From the NCBI GenBank assembly GCA_012295275.1, contig CM022675.1:12462001-12526000 (forward strand): a stretch of DNA of 64,000 nt. The letters run 5' to 3'. This DNA comes from Chrysomallon squamiferum. Taxonomy: Eukaryota > Animalia > Mollusca. Both the position numbers and the translations under genes were made by a program. Below the pieces are notes generated by a model. It was given only the letters and a program-made list of their open reading frames with translations. It searched no databases and was not told where the DNA came from. Of the stretch, positions 13,793-28,159 are shown in pieces. Numbering within the stretch: the first letter of the stretch is position 1; every line of letters begins with the position of its first letter.

Positions 13793-14327
13793 AGTTTTTT
13801 GTTTACTGACCTTGGATTAACAGCCTCATCACTGTGGTCATTTTGATGTGAGATTTCTGTGACAAGGTCAACCAGCACAAGGATTTTACAAGTCTCCTGC
13901 CTGCCATACATTTTGGCTGCAGTCACAAAAATGGGTTTTAATTGGTAAAAACAACTCAACAACATGATGCTATCAGAAATCATTAATCAGAGCTTTGTCC
14001 TAAAATCCACCACACTGAGGTCCAAGCCAGGCTAAATGATAGAAGTGTAAACCAAAACGTAGAGTGGACTTGAGGGTCATACAGGTTATATAGATTTACT
14101 GAAGTCTTTGAAAACTGAAGATTTTTCAGTGATTTTGTAATAGGCTGGGTTGCAGATATGTTTTAATGGCCATCATAAAATAAATATTTAAAAAACAGAC
14201 AACATAAAACAAAATAAATAAATCAATAAATAAATAAATAAATATAAGTAATTAATAAATATATAAATGAATGAATAAAGAAGTAAAGAAACAAAAGATG
14301 ACAATTTTTTGTCAACATGACTGTTTG

Positions 14328-14415
14328 TCTGTGGTATGTACTATCCTGTCTGGGAATACACAATTAAAAGATTTCTTGCTGTTGGTTGATAAGAATAGTC
14401 CATGCAGATTCTCTA
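14328..14415 (+). mobile_element. SINE core fragment, best preserved copy
   Basis: tgtggtatgtactatcctgtctggga...aaaagatttcttgctg...gataagaatagtccatg; reverse complement matches 54190-54320 and 19059-19073. Confidence 0.65.
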
Positions 14416-15298
14416 TTAAGCTTGTTCTCTTTTTATTTAAAATTTAAGACTGAGAAAATTTAAGACTGTCAATTAATAATTGTTAACTGGAAAATAGAAT
14501 GAAAAGTAATTAAATTTTTTTGGTTCATTCATTCATTGATTAATTCATTCAGTCATTCACTCACTTTATTCTTCCTTTCTTTCATCCATCCATCTACTCA
14601 TTCATTTTAATCATTTGACTCTCAAAATTGTTTGAAATTGGTCACATTCAAAAACATCACTAATAAAACTTGAAAATAAAAATTTCACGTCTGTTTTTAT
14701 ATGGTGCTGAGTTTTCTTATTGATAAATCCAATCAGCCTCTTCAATCCACCAGTAAAACTGCTCAAACTAGCCAAGCAGTGGATGCTTGCTCTCAGTTCT
14801 CTGTGACTGGATGATTTTACTGACAGGTATTATATGGATTTTATATTGGTTTGTTCTTTAGTGGTTCAAATATCAAAAGCTTTTTGTAAATCTCGTTACC
14901 CACTATTACCTTCAGAACTGAAAATAAAAACGTTTATGTCTTTTTTTTTATAACATTTCTTCTTTATCTGTGTTTATACAGATGTTTGCTCAGGATTAGG
15001 AATAAAATGGCAGCTTCCTATTTGGTGTTTTATTACAGGTATCATTGCCTCTTTGCAGCTAGAACTATTTAATTAGTTACAAATGCAGTTATCCAGGATA
15101 TGAATAGGCGCAAATAAAAATATTCTTACTGCTCACTGACAAAATACACCAGTGTGGGTTTTTCTTTTTCACATTTCACCACTGTACTGGTATAACATGA
15201 CACTTTATCAATACTAATAATAATGTCTTTGGAAGTTGTTAAAAATTTATTTGTATCTTCTGCAATATTTATGAATTATTTTTCCTCTTTCTGGTTTT

Positions 15299-15300
<2 letters not shown>

Positions 15301-15354
<54 letters not shown>
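15301..15354. repeat. (CA)n microsatellite
   Basis: Perfect repeat. Confidence 0.98.
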
Positions 15355-15359
<5 letters not shown>

Positions 15360-16094
15360 TGCACACACTTATGGACATATACTTACATACATACATATGT
15401 ATATATAGACCAACATACATGTATATTATATTTCCCAGTATGTTATGTTATATATTGTATTATACTGTATTATATTACATTACATTAGATTACAATACAT
15501 TAATATATTTTATACATTTAATATATTTTTGCAACAGTCTGCCATTATCAGTGTTTATTCAGATGTTGGATATCATACAGAATAAAGTGACAGCTCTGTA
15601 TTTCATAGCTCATACATATTACTTGAAATAATTTCTGTTACATGCAGCCTGGTGGAAATCTGAAATATGAGCGGAGGTTTGTTCAATTATTTCTGTAATG
15701 CTGGTATTGGATTTATGGAATATAATTCGCAGAGGGATTTACCAGGGAATAAAGCCATGCTTAACACCAGTGACACAACTAACAGTGTCGTTAATGACTG
15801 CAAAGACGAGTCTGGTCTCACTCCACACTTGTCTCAATTCTCTCGTAACAGTTGTGAAACGCATGGTAATTACCTCCCCTTGGGTTTTGAGGATTATTTT
15901 TGTTTGTTTCTCGGGAGAGTGAAAGCTGCAGTGTTAATGTTATTTGTGAAATGGATTTGTGTAACACTTCATTTAAAAGCTCATTGGTGTTAAAAGGGTT
16001 TTATTTATCATATCCGATTATTGTCAAAATAAATTCAGTATGGATTATGACTTGTAGTCCAAACTGTATGTGTAGCTCCTTTGAGAGTGATATA

Positions 16095-16312
16095 CTACCA
16101 TCACTACTCCAACCATTAGTACTACTACTACTACCACTACCACTAATGAATGCTATTACCTACTATTGCTATTATTACTACTCCTACCACTACTACTACT
16201 GCTGCTGCTGTTATTATAACTACTGCTACTACTAGTACTACTAGTACCAACACTAGTATAACAACTACTGCTACTTCTACTATTACTTATATAGCTATTA
16301 TTACTACTACTA

Positions 16313-16351
<39 letters not shown>
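16095..16351. repeat. (ACT)n/(GCT)n/(AAT)n compound microsatellite
   Basis: Directly visible; explains ORFs 15900-16235 and 16150-16410. Confidence 0.9.
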
Positions 16352-16445
16352 TTTATTTATTTAATTTAATTTATTCACTTTACCGAAAACAAATATTTGT
16401 TTTTCTTTAATCCAACAAGCACTTGTAGAAGATGAAAACAAATTG

Positions 16446-16604
16446 GACAGTGATTTCAGACAGTGACTTTAGACAGTGACCTCAGATGGTGATTTCAGAC
16501 GGTGATTTCAGACAATGACTTTAGACGGTGATTTCAGACAATGATTTCAGACAATGATTTCAGACAATGATTTCAGACGGTGACTTCAGACGGTGACTTC
16601 AGAC
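16446..16604. repeat. Minisatellite, 13-bp unit, about 12 copies
   Basis: Unit gac(a/g)(a/g)tga(t/c)ttca. Confidence 0.95.
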
Positions 16605-16806
16605 ACATCTGTTTCTCTCTGTCTGAAACGTGGAATTTGTGTCACTGTTAATTACCTCCAACTCATCAGTTGTTTTACTCTAACAATCCAGCAAGTTTTA
16701 CTGACATTTTAGCCTGAGTCTGAATCAGACGAGATAAACGTGAATCAGTGGAGAGACGAATGTTCTGATCATCTGTGTCTGCTTCTCTCTGCTGCGTTTG
16801 TTCAAC

Positions 16807-16894
16807 TCTGAGAAATAAAGTGTGAGAAATAAACTCTGAGAAATAAAGTCTGAGAAAAAAGTGTGAGAAATAAAGTCTGAGAAATAAAGTGTGA
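16807..16894. repeat. Minisatellite, 14-bp unit, about 6 copies
   Basis: Unit tgagaaataaagt(c/g). Confidence 0.93.
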
Positions 16895-16964
16895 CAGTAA
16901 ACCCACAAAAATAACTTTCACTTACTTACTGTAATGACAAGCAATTTGATTCAATTTGATTTCG

Positions 16965-17350
16965 TTTTTTTACTAATTAAATCAGTTCTGAAGTATGACT
17001 GCAGTTGTAAAGATCTTTAATTCTTTGACAAATTGTTTAATTTTATTTTATTTATTTTTATACTAATTAATTGAATTCTGAAGTATAACATTAGATGGTT
17101 ATTATAAAGATCTTTAATTCTTTGATAAATTGTTTAATTTAATTTTATTTATTTTTATTTATTTTTATGCTAATTAATTGAATTCTGGAGTATAACTTTG
17201 GCTGGTTATTAACATTTTGAGAAATAATTACAATTCTTAATTTGATTCTAATTAAATGAATTCTGAAGTATATCTTTAGTAACATTATATATTGCAAATA
17301 TCTTTAAGACTTTGACAAATAATTTAATTATATTTTATTTTTATACTAAG
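16965..17350. repeat. Decayed tandem repeat, about 90-110 bp unit, about 4 copies
   Basis: Recurring tactaattaattgaattctgaagtata...aaagatctttaattctttgacaaattgtttaattt. Confidence 0.8.
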
Positions 17351-18214
17351 TAACTAAATAAAACTTATAAAAAAGACTTTTACATTTATTTTTTTATTTA
17401 TTTACTTCAAGATTCACTTATTTCTGTATTTTAATTTATTTATTTACTTAGTTATTTATTATTTCTTTATTTCTTTATTTCTTTTATTATTTCAATATTT
17501 CAATATTATATTATTTCATTATTTATTTATTAAATTATTAAGATGACAAATTATTTCCTTTAAATCTAATTAAGAAATTACGTGTAGCTGTAAAACTAGT
17601 CATAACACAACCATTCCAGACATCTTTTTTACTTTTCTTTTTTTTCTTTTTTTTATGACGCTAAAAATTAGTTTAAATAATAAACCTGATGTCGTTTAAT
17701 GTACTTAGACAGACCTTTAGGAAACAAGAAAGCATGTCATGTGACAGTGTGGTGTCATTAAACCCTGCAAAGAACCACTATGGGCTGATAATTCAATTTG
17801 TCCAGCACAAAACTGAGGGAAAAGGCGACTGTATTTCTATATTTACACAAACGGAAAAAAATTTAGCGACAGATGATTCATTTCAAATTTATTGGTATTT
17901 ACATAATTGGTGATTGTCATTCAGAAAATATCATTAAATAATGAAAAACAAGAAAGTAGTCTGCTTGAAACCTCTTATTAGATTTTCAGACGACTGAAAT
18001 TAACTTTGGCCAATAAAAGCATAACCTCTGTGGATGCATGCAGTTGAAGATTTAACATTTATTAAATTATCTTTGTAATGACTGAAATGAAAATTGTATT
18101 TTATATATTATGTTGTCTTATCTTACTTTGTCTTTATATTATTTTGTTATCACAGTTACACATATGTACCAACACAAAATACACACAGACACACGTTATT
18201 ATCCATTGTGAACA

Positions 18215-18378
<164 letters not shown>

Positions 18379-18584
18379 CAGACACAGGACCTGCAGAGAC
18401 TGGATCCAGTGCAGTCTGCCAGTGTAACAAATGAAGACAGATGAAGCACACAGCGTCACGATCCATCATATTCCCAATACCTCTGTCTGTCTGGCAGCCC
18501 TCACATCTTAATGAACACCGGTTTAGTGAATTGAAAAAAATTCTATTAAAGTGGCATTAATATCATGCATTGCTTGACTCTCGT

Positions 18585-18606
18585 GTAAACATGTTACCAT
18601 GGTAAC
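18585..18606. promoter_or_regulatory. Forkhead motif next to a palindromic RFX X-box
   Basis: GTAAACA (18585-18591), one base, then GTTACCATGGTAAC (18593-18606). Confidence 0.6.
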
Positions 18607-19044
18607 CAGAGGTCAGACATTCATATTGATATTTTGTTTATCGTGTGATGTTGGAGATCAGAGATCAGTAATGGCTGTATGAATAAAACATGGTTGGCTT
18701 TGTCTAAATTCAACATTTACGTGAACCGATGGTCAAATATTAATGTCATCTTCAACAGTTAACATCCAATTTAGCCAGTCGTGTTAAAGTTTGGATTAGC
18801 TGACATTCAAAACTGACCAGTCTAATTAAAATCTGTGTATTCATTACCTTGTTTTTATTTTAGAAGATTTGCTTTGAGAAACAGTTATCTTGGCTGATTT
18901 TAAATTTTGATGCCATTTAGACTTTTACATCAGAATAAATCTTAGTATGCATGTGACACCTTATCACATATATGCCAATAAATTAGTGAATGAATGAAAG
19001 AATAAATGAAACTTGGTATCACCATTCCACTAGCTGTTGTATTA

Positions 19045-19112
19045 TCAACAGCAGTCAAGGCAGTACATACCAGTATGTTTATTAAAACAGTAATACAGAA
19101 CTGGCTGAAATG
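19045..19112 (-). mobile_element. SINE core fragment
   Basis: ggcagtacatacca is the reverse complement of tggtatgtactgcc at 13353; followed by gaactggctgaaat as at 13713. Confidence 0.5.
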
Positions 19113-19436
19113 CACAAAATAGTAAAACTTTTCTTAAGATCAGCATCATACCTCAGGCCACATATTATTTTCTGTCATGTGTATCTTCATTATGATGCAC
19201 AGTTTAAATTAAGTCATGCAAGGGAAATAACTCTTATGAAACTTACCTTCACTTTGGTGACGCTCTTGCTCAGGTTATTGTTCTTGAATGTGAGTTATTA
19301 AATGTGTAAGAAATTTGTGTGTGTGTGAAAATATTATCAGTTTGGTTCTGTGGTGTTTACAGTTCTGTAATACTTGGGTTATGTGAACAGTGAAAAAGCA
19401 AGGAAAATTCAGCCTCCAAATTTCTTGATAGATTTG

Positions 19437-19485
<49 letters not shown>

Positions 19486-19754
19486 GTTATTATTGTCATT
19501 GTTGTTGTTGTTTACATGATATTTAAACAATGGTTATGAATCATTATAACAAATAACTAAAACTATATCTGAAAAAATCAGTTAATTAGTATAAAAATAT
19601 ATTTATTTACATTTGAAGATCTAAAAAGGGGAGACAATTCATGAAGGACTAAATGTTTATATGGCAGTTTTATAAATCCCTCCCCCAAAAAATGAAATAA
19701 ATAACAATAGCAGCATCATCAACAACAATGACAACAACAACAGTAATAATAAAC

Positions 19755-19821
<67 letters not shown>
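19755..19821. repeat. (AAT)n microsatellite
   Basis: Perfect repeat; an (ATT)n tract also lies at 19441-19485. Confidence 0.97.
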
Positions 19822-19826
<5 letters not shown>

Positions 19827-20421
19827 TTTACATATAAAGGAAAAACTCTATAGTATTATATATAAACAGAGTAAAAACAATGGAGAAATAAAAAATTACC
19901 TGTTAGGCAACTGAACTGATTACTTTTACATGCATTTCCCATTCCAAATGCTACCCATCAGTGATATATTTAACTTCATTATGAAAAAATCAATAATTAT
20001 TATAATTATTTTTTTAATATTTTGGAATAATCTAATTTAAAAAAGAATCCTAATTAAAAACACACAGGTGAGAATGTTTTTGTGTATTACAGAGTTTCGT
20101 ATGTTCTTGTCTCCAGTGAAGCGTTCCCTGTTTTCTGTCACGTAGTACATTTTGTGTGTGATGACCGCCAGCCATGAAATATGATTATTAGAGAACAGAT
20201 GTGTGCATCGTTACTACCACTGAACAGTTGAAACATATCAATGTAATCTGCAGCTACATCTAAACAAGATATTATCTACATCCTTATCTTTATTTCCATC
20301 TTGTGTATCTGCTTGCAAACATTTCTTCCAGTCCTTGTGTTTCTAATTGTCCATATATCCATTCATATATCAGTTCATTCATGTGTCCATTTAGCCATGC
20401 AATAATTAACATCTTTCCATG

Positions 20422-20515
20422 CATCTATCCATCCAACAGTTCTTATGTTATTCCATGTATTCATCTATCCATCCAACAGTTCTTATGTTATTCCATGTAT
20501 TCATCTATCCATCCA
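20422..20515. repeat. Tandem repeat, 40-bp unit, about 2.4 copies
   Basis: catctatccatccaacagttcttatgttattccatgtatt starting at 20422, 20462 and 20502. Confidence 0.93.
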
Positions 20516-22239
20516 GCTGTCAGTTCTTTCATCTATACATTTTAACATTTGTTAATAATTCTTTTTAGAGGTACAACACTTTTTGTAAAAATATACATCA
20601 TCATCTTCAGATTTAAAAAAAAATATATATATATATAAGGTCTGTTTAATTAAAAATTTATTTGGATGTTCATTTAAATCTAAAATGTGTCTTGTAACCT
20701 TTTAAACAATAAATTTACAGTCTTAGTTTCAAAACATACGCTAAACATCTAAATTAGTATTTGTGTAATAAAATGTAAATCTATAAAAATTTCTAAATAA
20801 CAATTCAGATTGTTCTGCTTATGTTGGTGCAGCAACAAATGGCTGAAACAGACCTCCTTTATTTCCAAAGTGAAACGTTACGTACCTGGAGACCAATCTT
20901 TGTTGATAATAAAGCATGACAGCAATGTAACAATCTGTAGAAGCTGTCAGTTTCTGTTCATGGCTGTGTGACACTGACTGACGTCAGACGTGTAAAAAAA
21001 GACTAGACACCCACACAACTTGATAATTGCTTGTTTGTTTTACATCATCAATGAATCTTCTACCAGATAACTGTTCTCTCGCCTGCAGTGGTTTCTCAGA
21101 GTATTAGCGTGTGTCAAACAGTTGCAGTTCCCTAAACAAGAGTACTTATGTTTTTACCTACAGTTTAAAACAAGAAGTTTTATAGATAGATAGACAGGTT
21201 CTAAATGTATCCTCATTTTCAGTGAATATTTTTGGTGATAGAGTTGGAAATGATACATTTTATTATGTGCAGTGTTTAGAACTGGAAGTAAAGTGTTAGA
21301 TAAAACTAATTAGATTTGAAATCTAAACATTCTCAAACTTCTTTTTTTGGAAAGTATCGGAAAGTCATTCTAAACACTTCACAGTTTATTTTATATATAT
21401 TTATATACCTTTTTATTTTTTTTGCATAATGAGCCTTGTTTAGAATGGGCAATAAGCAGATTTATGAGTCTTGGTCTGTTATATTCCCTGCTGCTGAGAT
21501 TTGAAAAACAAACTGGTTTTATCAGTAACGACCTCTGATGTCATAGACTGATACTCTTCCTCATTAACCTCCCATCATTACATAACCAGCTTTGTGTCTC
21601 CTTCATCTGGCCACCAGTCTATCTTCACATGTTAGTAACATCAGTTACATGTTACAGCTGTGATGAGGTAAGCTGACGTAACTAAACATATCACAGGTGG
21701 ATACCCACTGTTCCCCCCCCCTGACTCCCACTTACTGCCCGTTTAGCCCCACCCTTTCATCTCTGTAGTGTGTGGCAGCTCAGTTGTTGTTCTGTGTGTG
21801 ACTCCACTGCGAGACTGTTCTGTTTTATTATTACTGTATAGCAGAGCTGTTGTTCTCTGTGTAATTTACTATGGATTAGATGGATCTTATAATTTTAAAG
21901 TAGAAAATACTACAGCAGAAAATGATGAAATAGAATTTAAAATTTTTCTAAATAAAATAAAATTAAGATAAACTTAAATATTAAATTAAGTAGTAATAAT
22001 AATAAAATAAATTGCGGTAAAATTTAAATTAAATAATAATGATAATAAAGTAAATTTAAATAAAATTTAAAGCTTAAAATAATAAAAAATAAATCTTTTT
22101 AAAAACTTGATTACTTTGATTTTGAATCTTCACTCACTGGACCCTGACTAAAACTTTTGCATTTTGATAAAAAATGTGATAAATTTCAAATAAAGAAAAA
22201 AAGGCATTCAGATCTTTACAAAATTTATCTTTTCCTAAT

Positions 22240-22690
22240 AATATATTGGACTCTATGAATTCCAAGCTGAATATTTGTAGAAGAAAGTTTTGCTTTAAAT
22301 TGTGTGTAGATTCGAGAGTCAGGATTATTATTAGGTTCTTTCTGAGTCAGAATTTTATTTATTTTCTTATTAATATAATTACAAAGCTTAGCTTCTCCAG
22401 CTGTTTGACTGTTTGGATTCCAGTTAGAATATTAATAGAACAATACTGCTTTAAATTATATACAGAATTCACTTTCATTATTATTATTAGGTTCTTTCAC
22501 TCAAAATATTATAACAGAATTTTACATATCTGCTTATTATAAAACTTAATTTCTCTAAATTTAAATCTATTTGATTCCCAAATTGAATGTTTATAGAAGA
22601 ATACAGAGCTATAGATAATGTGTCGATTTGTCATTCATTTTTATTATCTGGCAAAATTCTACGCTCAGAAGTTTATTTATTTACTTATTA
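22240..22690. repeat. Decayed tandem repeat, about 160-170 bp unit, about 3 copies
   Basis: Recurring attcca...gaatatt...tagaa...gctttaaatt...attattattaggttctt...cagaatttta. Confidence 0.7.
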
Positions 22691-22879
22691 ATGTGTTGAT
22701 ATTCTGAATAATACTTTTAACCAAAAAAAAAAAAAAAAAAAAATCAACAAACATGGCAAGCAGTCTCCTGTTACATTACAAGCAAAAGCATTCGAGATAA
22801 ACAACTGCAGAAAGTGCAGTAATCAAAGCAGACAATGATAATCAAAGATAGATATTTTCTTCTCATTCTGCGCTAACTC

Positions 22880-23240
22880 CTCAACCCTTCAGTGACAGAG
22901 GCCATCTGCTTGTGGTTTGCTGGCTGGATAAAACGGGGCGAGGGCCAATTACCCCTGGCTCATCTTAATGCATGCTGTGGCTTGTGGTCAAGAAACTAGC
23001 GTCCTGCAGGCCGGCACAGTCTGGTTCGGTTTAGACACTCGCCTGCTGAGAGAGCTGCTGATGAAAGGCTCAACACAAAACAGATGTCCATTACGATACA
23101 CGCTTCAAATCGCTGCCATTGTTTGTGCTCCGTTTTATGAGGCATATCCAGATGGGGGGATGTCAGGGGGGGTCAGGCAGGGTGGTGGTGGGGGGATTTC
23201 GTGTGGGGAAAATGGTGAATTGGGTGATGGGGTGGGTCTG
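22880..23240. promoter_or_regulatory. GC-richer promoter/enhancer-like island followed by a G-rich tract
   Basis: GC-box-like GGGGCGAGG next to GGCCAAT (about 22935-22949), two TGTGGT words, several retained CpGs, then multiple G runs at 23154-23237. Confidence 0.4.
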
Positions 23241-23864
23241 AGATGGGACTTTGTGTTGGGGAATGTAAAAATGTAATGGGGAGTATTTAGATGGGATTTT
23301 GTGTTGATGAATGTAAAAATGTTGTAATGCAATTTGAGAGAGAGAGAGAAGGAGAAAGAAACAGAGAGACAGAAAAGAAAGATGTAGATAGAATAAAAGA
23401 ATTAGAAAGCAGTGAGAAGGAGATAATGGGTAAAAGGGAGACAAAGTTAACACATCAAGGAAAGAAAACAGCTATTGAAGAAAAGCCAGAGTTACTCTTA
23501 CAAAACTACAGAAACACAAATTACACCACCAGTTACAAATCAAAGAGAAAAATAAGATAATCCCAGCACATAGTTCATATGTCAGCTAGTTGATATTATG
23601 TAACATATGATACATACACAGTGTAATACACTGAAAGATAAATACAGTTTATGTAACACCTGTTATATATCTGGTATATAAAACCATATATAAAAATGAA
23701 ATTTGCTGAGGAAGGTTTTAGATATTTACATACACTTTATGCCAAAACTGACCAGCAATTTGATAAATTCAGTACAGTTAGCTGTTTTTTTTAAATTAAT
23801 ATTCTTCTTCTTATTCTATAACATTTAATAATAATTAATAGTTATTAAGCTGCATTAAAAACAT

Positions 23865-24395
23865 AATAAATAGACCATAATATAGTCACCTTTAAATAAT
23901 TTATTTTAGACCATTTACTGTAAACATCCAAATTCTTTAACACTTTATAACATTTTTTAGAATTTGTTACCTTGAAATTAAAATCCTTTAGTCTGTATCA
24001 TACTTTATATGAGTAGACATGTGTATTTTTTTTAAAATTACAGTAGACCATTAAATACATTATGTAATTTATTTCAGATCAGTTACAATAAACCTTAAAA
24101 AAATAAATTACAACAAACTTTAAAATTCTTTCACTTCATATAACTTTCAGTTACAGTAAACCTTTTAATAAAAGACCAATTAAAATTCATTCACTCTTTG
24201 CATAATGTGTTTTAGAACAATTGTAGTAAAACTTTAAATTCTTTAACATATTATATAATTTATTCTAGACCAAATACAGTAAACCTTCAAATAATAAATA
24301 ATAAATTTCAGACCAGCTAGAACAAAGTTAATGTATTTTAGACCAATTAAAATTCTCTCACACTCTCAACCATGTATTTTAGACCAATTACATGT
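23865..24395. repeat. Decayed tandem repeat
   Basis: Recurring tttagacca(a)ttacagtaaacct(t)aaa...aaattctttaacact words. Confidence 0.65.
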
Positions 24396-25566
24396 GCTAA
24401 TTTACAAGTGGTTCAGATTGATACTGTTTCGGTTTTATCTAAATTGGTTGGCTAGTCCAATTTGTAATTTTCTCCACTCATGGTACAAAGTGTTTGTTAC
24501 CAGGAACATTAAACCCTCTTGGAGAGATAACTGAAATGTTATAGCCCTTTTTATCAGCGCTAATCTTTGGCTCTAATTGCTGTAGATCTGCTCTTGTGGC
24601 AGTGTGGTATCGCACACATAAATCCTGCAGATTAACTCGAATATGTTCCTAGAAATTTAACAGTTATGGTTTTCAGATAATGGGCTACATGATGGTTACA
24701 AGATTTCTTCTTACCTCAGCTGAGAATGAAATAGAAACCAGTGTAATAGTTTTTGTTATGGACAGATGTGTTTGTAATAAAAACTGGGAGGAGTATGTGA
24801 CATATAATTGGAATAACATGAGTGATATGGTAAAATAGAATTGATAGTATAGTCAGATAGTATAGTCAGATAGACACAAAAGTTTAGTCTGTATTTATGT
24901 CAGTATGTATGAGTGTCTGTCTGTGTAAGAGAAGATAAATGTATCTGTTTGTGTGTTTAGAATATTATAGATGTATATATATTTGTGTTTATGTATATAG
25001 TAGTGTTCAGTTCATGTATTTGTAATTAATGCATGTATTTTTTTTTAATATACATATATATAAACACTAATAATTCACATATCAGTCTGTAAATTATCCC
25101 TAATACTGAAGATCATCACACTGTAATATAAAAACAAACCTTCTACCAAACATTAAAAAAACCTAAACTACCAGCCTGTCAGGGCTGACATGTAAGAGAA
25201 TTTGTCTTTGAAGAGCCTGGAGAACAAACTGAAGAGTGTTCAACAGTTCTATGACCTCAGGTGTCAAAAAACCCACCAGCATCATTAATCCTGAATCATC
25301 TCAAAAAACTCTTTTTTCAGTCTTTGAGTAAACTGGGCAAAAAATTACATGACATTTTAATGCGTACATTCTGAAACAAAGAGCAGAGGAATCTGCAGAG
25401 TGGGGCTTACACAGAACTTAGAAGAGAAGATGTTTGTGAAGGATCTTGTACTATAACTGAACAGAAAGATACACACATATATAATACATGCATTTACTTA
25501 ACCATCTATCCATCCAATTATCTATGTTACATGTGTAAATAACTATAGTCTTTTTTCTTGCCATAC

Positions 25567-25597
<31 letters not shown>

Positions 25598-25654
25598 AAA
25601 ACCAAAAAAAATCTAAAGTGGAAAAAAAAATGAATGAGTGATCAAAAGAAAGCA

Positions 25655-25698
25655 TATGAATGAATGAATGAATGAATGAATGAATGAATGAATGAATG
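25655..25698. repeat. (ATGA)n microsatellite
   Basis: Directly visible. Confidence 0.95.
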
Positions 25699-26739
25699 AT
25701 GTGTGCTTAGGTACAAATGAAAATTATTGTTGATAATTAGTTGTCCTGATAGGTTTCAAATCACAAGCATGCCACTGCTACATGAATTACTTTTGTAGGG
25801 TAGCAGCAACAAATGTTTTATATATACCTTCCCATGTGCTACATTTGATAAACCTCACACACACACACACTCATACGAAAACATACATACAGACATACAA
25901 GCACATATACACACACCCCACAAGGATAAATACATGCACACACACACACATACATTCATGCACACACATGCACACACACAAATACACTCACACATGATCA
26001 TAAAATGAAGCAAAATTACGTATCCATCCCTTTTCACCAAAGCCTGGCTTACATCCATCTATTTCAGTAACAGCACATGTTATTACTGGTTTGTCTTGAG
26101 TAAGAGGTAATCCCCCACTAATCATCATTAAGTCCTGGTGTTAATGAGAAAGATAATTAAAGCTTTTTCCACAAAGATCATTATGCTGAGCTGGGAGATA
26201 CGTAGTTAGTTATACAACAAGCACTGAGTGGATACATCTGTTAACATCATAGCCACAACGACATTTCACATTTTCCATGATTTTCTTTTTCTGTCAGAAA
26301 TTTCTAGACAGACAGACATACAGATGGACAGATTAAAGAGGAGAGAATGTGAGAAAAAATCAATTGTATGCAAACACAGAGAGATAGAGAATTAGATGTG
26401 GAGAGAAGAATGGAGACAGGGACAAATATACAGAGATAGAAAAAAGCATTGAGAGACATACTTGTGTGTTTGTGTATAGAGAGTAGATAGATAGATAGAT
26501 GTAGAGAGATGTGAGAGTGTGTGTGAGAGAGTGAGAGAGTGTGAGAGAGAGAGAGAGAGAGAGAGATTCATGAGCACTGATAAATATAATAAATGGATAT
26601 TCATATATGTGTTTATAGATAAATGTAGTGTAGTTAGAGATAGATATATATGTATATAGATATTAGTAACTATCAATAATGTGCGTATTGATATTAGGTA
26701 AAGAGTGTATAAGTTAAATAGGAAAACTAAAACAAACTT

Positions 26740-26929
<190 letters not shown>

Positions 26930-27093
26930 GTACACAGAGTTATGTAACAGTGAATGGTGAGGTATTTTCAGCATGTTGGGTTGTGTAGGTGTTAATCAAC
27001 TGACTTCACTATCTCTCATTCTTCATCTGACTCCCAGAATTCCACAGCCTCGTGATCCATTTGTGAAGGTTTCTGTGTGTCAGAGGCAATCAC

Positions 27094-27108
27094 AGCGCCA
27101 CCTAGTGA
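27094..27108 (-). promoter_or_regulatory. CTCF core motif
   Basis: Minus strand TCACTAGGTGGCGCT versus consensus CCASYAGRKGGCRS: one mismatch; CpG retained in a CpG-poor context. Confidence 0.6.
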
Positions 27109-27511
27109 CGTGAGTCTCATCTCACACACAGAGTGGTACTTACAGACAGACAGACACACACACTGACTGATGTCAGTTTGCACTTTATGGTAGTCAGATG
27201 TTAGAAACAAACATATATGGGTGTGCATACGGTTGTAACAGAATACAGATGTAATCACATGCATATGATAGGAGTAATCATTCATAGTTGTCAACATAGT
27301 AACACACACACCCATCCATGAATGCACACATGCACACACATACACAGACACATACACAGACATGCATATACAGTACACACAAGCACTCATACATATACAT
27401 GCATATACATACACACACATACACACACATACACACTATCACACATGAACACACTAATACAGTACACAAGAACTGACATAATAATTAACTACAGTATATT
27501 AACAAGACATC

Positions 27512-27585
27512 CTCAGTGGTGAAGTGGTGCTAGGTCATCAGATCAATTCCTGTTGGTGGATCCACTGAACTATTTGTCAATCCAT
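27512..27585 (+). mobile_element. SINE head fragment (A-box and B-box remnants)
   Basis: ctcagtggtgaagtg...agatcaattcctgttggtggatccactgaactattt aligns with 12755-12800. Confidence 0.55.
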
Positions 27586-28159
27586 CCATCCAAATCTGCA
27601 CTTTAAAAATGCATTTGATTCTTTTGAGATGAAAGAATGGGTCATTCACCAAGAAAACAGAAAAAAACAAAAAATAATATTTTTTTTTTAAAAAGATTTA
27701 AAAGGATTTACTTGGCCAGTGTGTCTAGAATGTAATATTCTAAATTTAGACACAAAAATGTTAAAAAAATACAATATTCTGAATCCAGACTTTAACAAAC
27801 ATGTTTGCTGTGTAAAATATCTAATTTTATTTTAAATGAACAGACAAATCATTTATCAGCCATTTTGCCGAAGGCTGCCAGTACAGACAGAAGAACGTTA
27901 GCCTCTGATAAAATGTTTGTTGAGAAATGAATCGTACATTAACTGTAGCAGAGTTGTTATTTATTTTTTTACATTCCTGACAGATTTGTTGATGTTTCTG
28001 TCAGAGAATGTTGTAGTAGTTGTGAAAATCATCACTGTGGAGTGGCAGCAGATCTATGTTACGTTTAACACCTGAGTTGTTCTGTCTCACCTCAAATCTC
28101 ACCTGTATTTACTTGTTTCTTCTCTGTTGTAACTTCTTTCTTTTTAACCTGTTTGGTGT

